Source of the DNA: a virus | Lineage: Duplodnaviria > Caudoviricetes | Reading direction: 5' to 3' (one strand) | Length of the DNA: 40,748 bases | IMG/VR virus record: IMGVR_UViG_3300020440_000031 | Location: 1-40,748 of that record | Shown: positions 36,050 through 40,748 of the stretch, one piece after another | How positions within the stretch are numbered: the stretch's first letter is position 1 | Layout: each line of letters starts with the position of its first letter | Notes under the pieces: model-generated | Told to the model about the DNA's origin: nothing | The model's database searches: none | What the model saw: only the letters and a program-made list of their open reading frames with translations | Translations under genes and position numbers: made by a program

Positions 36050-39000
36050 ATGGCAATTGCAAGAGTCACCGGTAAAGCCCTCGCAGATAATCTAGAGAGA
36101 ACCGCTAACCTAGCCATTGACACAAGTACATTTTTTGTTGATGTAGAGAATAATCGTGTTGGTATAGGAAGCAATACTCCAACAGTCACACTAGATGTAG
36201 CTGGTAGCAGTAATATTGCAAACATTTCTATTGCAGGAAATGCTATCAGTGCGGAAGGTAACTTAGATCTAAGTGGCAGTAATGTTAATCTTGGTGCCAA
36301 CAGTGCAGTGATATTAACTGGCGGAACATCAGGACAAATATTATCAACTGATGGATCAGGATCTTTAAGTTGGACAGATCCTGCAAACATTGACAGTGTC
36401 ATAGGAAACACAATTGATCTTGGCACACCTGCTGATGGTAGTTTAACTGCAAATGTTGCATATGATGGATTTACGGCTAATAGCAAAGTAACCGACAGTA
36501 TTGATGACCTCAATCAAGTTATTCTCAATGTAGGAAACAGTACTTTTGTAGGACAAGCAAGTTTTACTGGAACACCAACTTCCGGACCTAGTCCAACTAC
36601 AGTTGTTTTTACTGGCACTTTTGTTGGAAATGCAAATGCGTTTGAATGGGACTTTGGAGACGGCAATACAAGTACTTCACAAAATCCTTCGCATACCTAT
36701 GCCAATGCTGATGGCGGACAATTTACTGTATCTTTTACTGCTAAAAACACAAACGGCACATTAGATGGCAATATTGCCGCTGGCGCCAAAGGCAGTGCTG
36801 ATAGTTTTACACGAACAAATTATATAACACTATTTACACCAACACCTATTCCAAGTTTTACCCTTGATGACAACACAATTGATTCAGGTGATACTGCTAC
36901 TATTACAAATACTAGCCAGTTTGTAACAACCAGTTTTGATCTTAGTTGGGGACAAGGTGCCAACGTACAACCTGCAGTTGACTTTACTACTGAATCTAAC
37001 ACATATACCAACACAGGTGGTGATACTCAGTATGATATTGTACTAACAGGAACATCAAATACTGCTGGAGCAAGTCCAGTGTCTGTATCAAGTGATCCTA
37101 CTACTATAAGTGTGTTTACAGCTCAAACCACAACATTTACATCCAACGTGACCAGAGTGGTAAACGAAGAAGCAACCTCAGGAGGTGTAGTAGAGTTTAC
37201 AAATACTACTTCAACTGATCCAGGAACCACTGCTGTTTTTGGAAGCCAGCAAAAATATAGATACACATTTGGTGATGGAAACGTTAGTAATGTTAATATA
37301 CAATCAGGTGTTGCAGGTAACCCAGGTAGCACCTTAGATCATACCTATGCTCTAAGCAGTAGCCAACAAGCTAATGGAAATACAATTACATTTCAGACAC
37401 AACTTGAAACGTTAACTGGTCACTCAAGCAGTCCTTTTGCGGCGGCAAATATTGCTATAATTGTTGAACCTGATATAAGAAGTATTTTTACTGGAACAAC
37501 AGTAATAGCCAGTGATAGAACAGGTGATACTGCACAAGATGGATATCTGTTCACAGATTATAGAACAGGCTTGTCCACAACTGACAGAGGTTTAGTTACA
37601 TTTCAAAACACCAGTGAAAATGTCACCACAACAAATTTTACTTTTGGTGATGGTAATACAACAGGAAACATTACAAGTGGTGCAGGAACACCAGGAGCCG
37701 CAAATATTACAAACAGTTATGGAACTGTTAGCAGTTTTACAGTTGCTCTTACATCATCAGGAACTCCTGATACTATTGCACAAACAGATACAGAAACAAA
37801 AACAAATTTTATTACAATCAATGCCAACCCGACTGCACCAACTGCACTGAGCGGAAAGACTCTTAGTTTGCAAGACGCAAGCCAAGGCACAAGTCCATTG
37901 TTGGCAGCTAATGCAACTGATAACAGTGGCGGAAACATAGTTGCCGCAGGTAGTAGTGTAACTAGATATACCACAACCACAACAATTAACACAAACAATG
38001 TTACTGATGCAAATACTGCTATCTCAGGAAATTTATCAGCAGTGTTCAACGGCAGTGAAGCTGGTAATGTAACTTTTACTGCAGATGGAGATGCGGCAGG
38101 TACCTATACAGATCTCATAGTTGTAAACGATGGTGATGCACACGACGAAATCAGTGCAAGTGCCTATCCAACAGGGTTTGCCAAGGTGTTCGACGCAAGA
38201 TGGCAAAGAGCCCTAAGCGGAATCAGTGTTGGTTATAACGATGCAAAATTAAGTCACACAACTGCTGGTGATACCAATCTTGTAGATTTTGTTAAAGACG
38301 ACATGACTGATGTTCCTACAGTTGTCCAGGGTAACGCAACCATCACAGAACAAACTGCAGGAACTTATAGATACATATCTGGAGTTCCATATTATAACAC
38401 AGGCTCTCCGGCAGTTACAATATCTGGTTTAGAAGTATCAAACCTTACAGGACAAACATACAGGAACACAACACAACCAATACAGTTTACCACAGGTACA
38501 TTGGCTGAAAGCACCACAGGTAGTATTATAAACACACAAACAAAAACCTATGGTGATATTGACGGTACGCCAAGTTTTGTTACTGCTGGTATAGTAGATG
38601 CCGATGTTGGTGTATCATCTAACCAACAACTTGGTAACATCACAATCAGTATCAACGGTACTGCAAGAGCAGTTGGCTATCTAGACAGTCAGATGTTTAA
38701 CGTTAATGGATCTAGTTCAATTGTTAATGTTACTGACAAGTACATACAAATCTACAGTGCCAGTTTATCAGGATTTGACGAAGGAAACATACCAGTAAGT
38801 GATTCTCTTGGAAGTGTTTATGATGATGATGGTTTGAGAATCGAAGGCTTAGGAACTGCTGCGGACAATCCAACCTTTGCAGATCAGAATTGGTACACAG
38901 GAAATGTGTGGAGTGGAGCTGAAACTATTGCTGGTACAAGCGAAGCAGTTGTGCGTTGGGGCACGCTAAGTCATTTTACTACTGATTTAAGCAGTGGTTA

Positions 39001-39433
39001 TCTTCCAGCAGGTCCTGATTTGAACACAAGTAGATCTGGAACACAATATTTTACTTTTGCCTTTAGAAGGGCAACTGTTGCTAACTTTGACATCAGTTTG
39101 AACAGTAGTACTGGAATTACTGGATTGTGGATTGCCTCTCCTGGCACTGCAATTGATAGTGCCAGTACAATCAATGGATGGGTAGACGGAACTATTCAAT
39201 ATGCTGGTTCAGGAGTTCCTGGTGCAGATACAGGTAACGGCGGAAATGGTAGCAACGGGTGTGCTCTAACTGGTGCTGACGTTATTCCAACTGGCACCAG
39301 TATAAATGCAGCCTATACCATGACACTAGGAAGTGCAAACAGTTCAAACGCTACAGGCAACAACATTCTTGTGCGTATAGCACTCGCAAGTGGCGAAACA
39401 CTTACCAGTGTTAGTGTAGGAGTAGCAAGCTAA
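36050..39433 (+). CDS. Large PKD-domain fibre / adhesin-like virion protein
   Basis: VDVENNRVGIG..TP...LDV.G fibre motif; GGTSGQILSTDGSGSLSW; PKD motifs FEWDFGDGNTSTSQNPSHTY, YTFGDG, FTFGDG; T/S/G-rich. Confidence 0.75.
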   Translation: MAIARVTGKALADNLERTANLAIDTSTFFVDVENNRVGIGSNTPTVTLDVAGSSNIANISIAGNAISAEGNLDLSGSNVNLGANSAVILTGGTSGQILSTDGSGSLSWTDPANIDSVIGNTIDLGTPADGSLTANVAYDGFTANSKVTDSIDDLNQVILNVGNSTFVGQASFTGTPTSGPSPTTVVFTGTFVGNANAFEWDFGDGNTSTSQNPSHTYANADGGQFTVSFTAKNTNGTLDGNIAAGAKGSADSFTRTNYITLFTPTPIPSFTLDDNTIDSGDTATITNTSQFVTTSFDLSWGQGANVQPAVDFTTESNTYTNTGGDTQYDIVLTGTSNTAGASPVSVSSDPTTISVFTAQTTTFTSNVTRVVNEEATSGGVVEFTNTTSTDPGTTAVFGSQQKYRYTFGDGNVSNVNIQSGVAGNPGSTLDHTYALSSSQQANGNTITFQTQLETLTGHSSSPFAAANIAIIVEPDIRSIFTGTTVIASDRTGDTAQDGYLFTDYRTGLSTTDRGLVTFQNTSENVTTTNFTFGDGNTTGNITSGAGTPGAANITNSYGTVSSFTVALTSSGTPDTIAQTDTETKTNFITINANPTAPTALSGKTLSLQDASQGTSPLLAANATDNSGGNIVAAGSSVTRYTTTTTINTNNVTDANTAISGNLSAVFNGSEAGNVTFTADGDAAGTYTDLIVVNDGDAHDEISASAYPTGFAKVFDARWQRALSGISVGYNDAKLSHTTAGDTNLVDFVKDDMTDVPTVVQGNATITEQTAGTYRYISGVPYYNTGSPAVTISGLEVSNLTGQTYRNTTQPIQFTTGTLAESTTGSIINTQTKTYGDIDGTPSFVTAGIVDADVGVSSNQQLGNITISINGTARAVGYLDSQMFNVNGSSSIVNVTDKYIQIYSASLSGFDEGNIPVSDSLGSVYDDDGLRIEGLGTAADNPTFADQNWYTGNVWSGAETIAGTSEAVVRWGTLSHFTTDLSSGYLPAGPDLNTSRSGTQYFTFAFRRATVANFDISLNSSTGITGLWIASPGTAIDSASTINGWVDGTIQYAGSGVPGADTGNGGNGSNGCALTGADVIPTGTSINAAYTMTLGSANSSNATGNNILVRIALASGETLTSVSVGVAS

Positions 39434-40704
39434 TGGCACTAGCAGATAGCACCAAAGTAGACTTTTTATGGAAAAAACTTGGTTTTGGAGTTGCAAAAAC
39501 TGCACCTCCTGCTAATAAAGAAGCATTCAACGAGAGTATTCCATCACCACTGTTAATGCGTGCAGATAAAGTATGGCAGAGTTCGGCATCAATACCGGGC
39601 GTGAAACCCAGTTCTTCTAGCAGTATTGTTGAAATATACCAAGACGCTGCTGGAGGTAGTGCTACAGTTGAAACTACCGAGGATCTAACTGCTCCAGACA
39701 ATCAAACTTGGAAAACCAATTTAACAGATTGGATTCCAACTGAATTTGGATCAACCTATTTGGTTAAAGTTTATGTAGATAATGCTGGTGCAGCCAGCCC
39801 ACAAAGCACAGGTACACAATTATTCCAAGCAGGTAGCGGAAATGAAGATGGTTGGTTTTTTGATTATCAAGCAGGTGTGCTTAACTTCAATGGCGATAAT
39901 ATTCCTAGTCAAATAGGAACAGGTGTTACTGGTAAATCAATTTATATTGTTGGAGCTAGATACGTTGGTCCTTTTGGTGTAGGTGGCGGTAGTTCCATTG
40001 GTAATTTGACTGTAACTGATACTACAATAAGCACTAGCAATGCTGGCAGTGATATAGTATTAGAAGTAACTGGTAACGGAACTGTCAACATTGATACAAC
40101 CACTGCACTCCAGATTGCGGTTGGTAATACTGCACAACGTCCTGCAACTCCGTCAACTGGTGATCTTAGATTCAACACCACAGAAACCGTAGTCGAAGTT
40201 TACAACGGAACAGGTTGGGAAACTGTTGGTCAAGACACTACAACAATTACAAGCCAAACCTTCTCAGGTGATAATAGTACTGTTGCATTTACTTTAAGTT
40301 CTAGTGCAACCACTACTAGTGTTATTGTAAGCATAAATGGCACAGTACAAACTCCTACAACTGCTTATTCAGTATCAGGAACCACACTTACTTTTACAGA
40401 AGCACCAGCAAGTGGTGATGCTATTGAAGTCAGACAGATCACTGCAACCACAACTGTTACTGCGATCACAAACGGAACAGGTAACGCTATTACAGTAGAT
40501 ACAAACGGAATTGCACAGTTTTCAACTATTCATAGTCTACAACTGCCAACGTACACAGTTACTGAAGCAAACGCCCTTACAAACACATCTGCTGGACAGA
40601 TTATATATGTAAGTAACGGTGATAGCGGGAGCCCTACTTTAGCCGTATACAACGGTTCAACTTGGCAAAAAGTAACCTTCTCTGGTAATATCAGTAGTGC
40701 ATAA
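39433..40704 (+). CDS. Modular virion structural / fibre protein
   Basis: KVDFLWKKL.FG N-terminus; WFFDYQAGVLNF; shares both modules of the 35596 protein; C-terminal LPTYT...GQIIYVSNG...LAVYNGSTW. Confidence 0.7.
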   Translation: MALADSTKVDFLWKKLGFGVAKTAPPANKEAFNESIPSPLLMRADKVWQSSASIPGVKPSSSSSIVEIYQDAAGGSATVETTEDLTAPDNQTWKTNLTDWIPTEFGSTYLVKVYVDNAGAASPQSTGTQLFQAGSGNEDGWFFDYQAGVLNFNGDNIPSQIGTGVTGKSIYIVGARYVGPFGVGGGSSIGNLTVTDTTISTSNAGSDIVLEVTGNGTVNIDTTTALQIAVGNTAQRPATPSTGDLRFNTTETVVEVYNGTGWETVGQDTTTITSQTFSGDNSTVAFTLSSSATTTSVIVSINGTVQTPTTAYSVSGTTLTFTEAPASGDAIEVRQITATTTVTAITNGTGNAITVDTNGIAQFSTIHSLQLPTYTVTEANALTNTSAGQIIYVSNGDSGSPTLAVYNGSTWQKVTFSGNISSA

Positions 40705-40748
40705 ATTGGTTCTCAAAGGACCGTAAAAGCATCTTTATAAAAATTACA

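Noticed and set aside
1458-40181. Numerous 60-220 aa ORFs antisense to or nested in long genes (e.g. 2236-2631, 4698-5138, 16381-16836, 23518-24084, 24823-25371, 26104-26760, 29600-30019, 36046-36513)
   Set aside because: These are shadow ORFs arising from codon bias of well-supported genes on the opposite strand or frame, with no SD or motifs.
36050-40704. Diversity-generating retroelement target or invertible fibre cassette
   Set aside because: No reverse transcriptase, recombinase, or near-identical template/variable repeat pair was seen in the window.
1-40748. Alternative genetic code (stop-codon reassignment)
   Set aside because: Core genes are full length under code 11, and TAA, TAG and TGA all terminate tightly packed genes.

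Overview
This window is part of a large, AT-rich, T4-superfamily myovirus genome that reads with the standard genetic code. The gene order and the short (395 aa) major capsid protein suggest the RaK2/GAP32/121Q-like and uncultured aquatic large-phage branch; that placement is an inference. From left to right: (1) a minus-strand baseplate cluster (partial giant wedge protein, gp6, gp25, gp5, hub, gp53-like LysM, tube initiator carrying acidic VDDF repeats); (2) a sigma70-driven plus-strand block (gp55 late sigma, gp47, gp46) interleaved with accessory enzymes and ending in a stand-alone GIY-YIG domain followed by about 470 nt of densely structured non-coding sequence; (3) a sulfotransferase; (4) a minus-strand operon of gp26, a -1-frame gp51-like ORF, and DUF1415-like, aminoacyl-transferase-like and DUF6614-like genes; (5) tape measure, portal, a second radical SAM cassette, head genes (core, gp21, gp22, gp23) and modular fibre/structural genes. 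The main leads are the candidate large ncRNA next to the minimal GIY-YIG nuclease, a candidate programmed -1 frameshift at the end of gp26, and an unusual late-promoter architecture (palindromic operator, leaderless starts, face-to-face promoters). All product calls come from motif recognition by eye; no searches were run.
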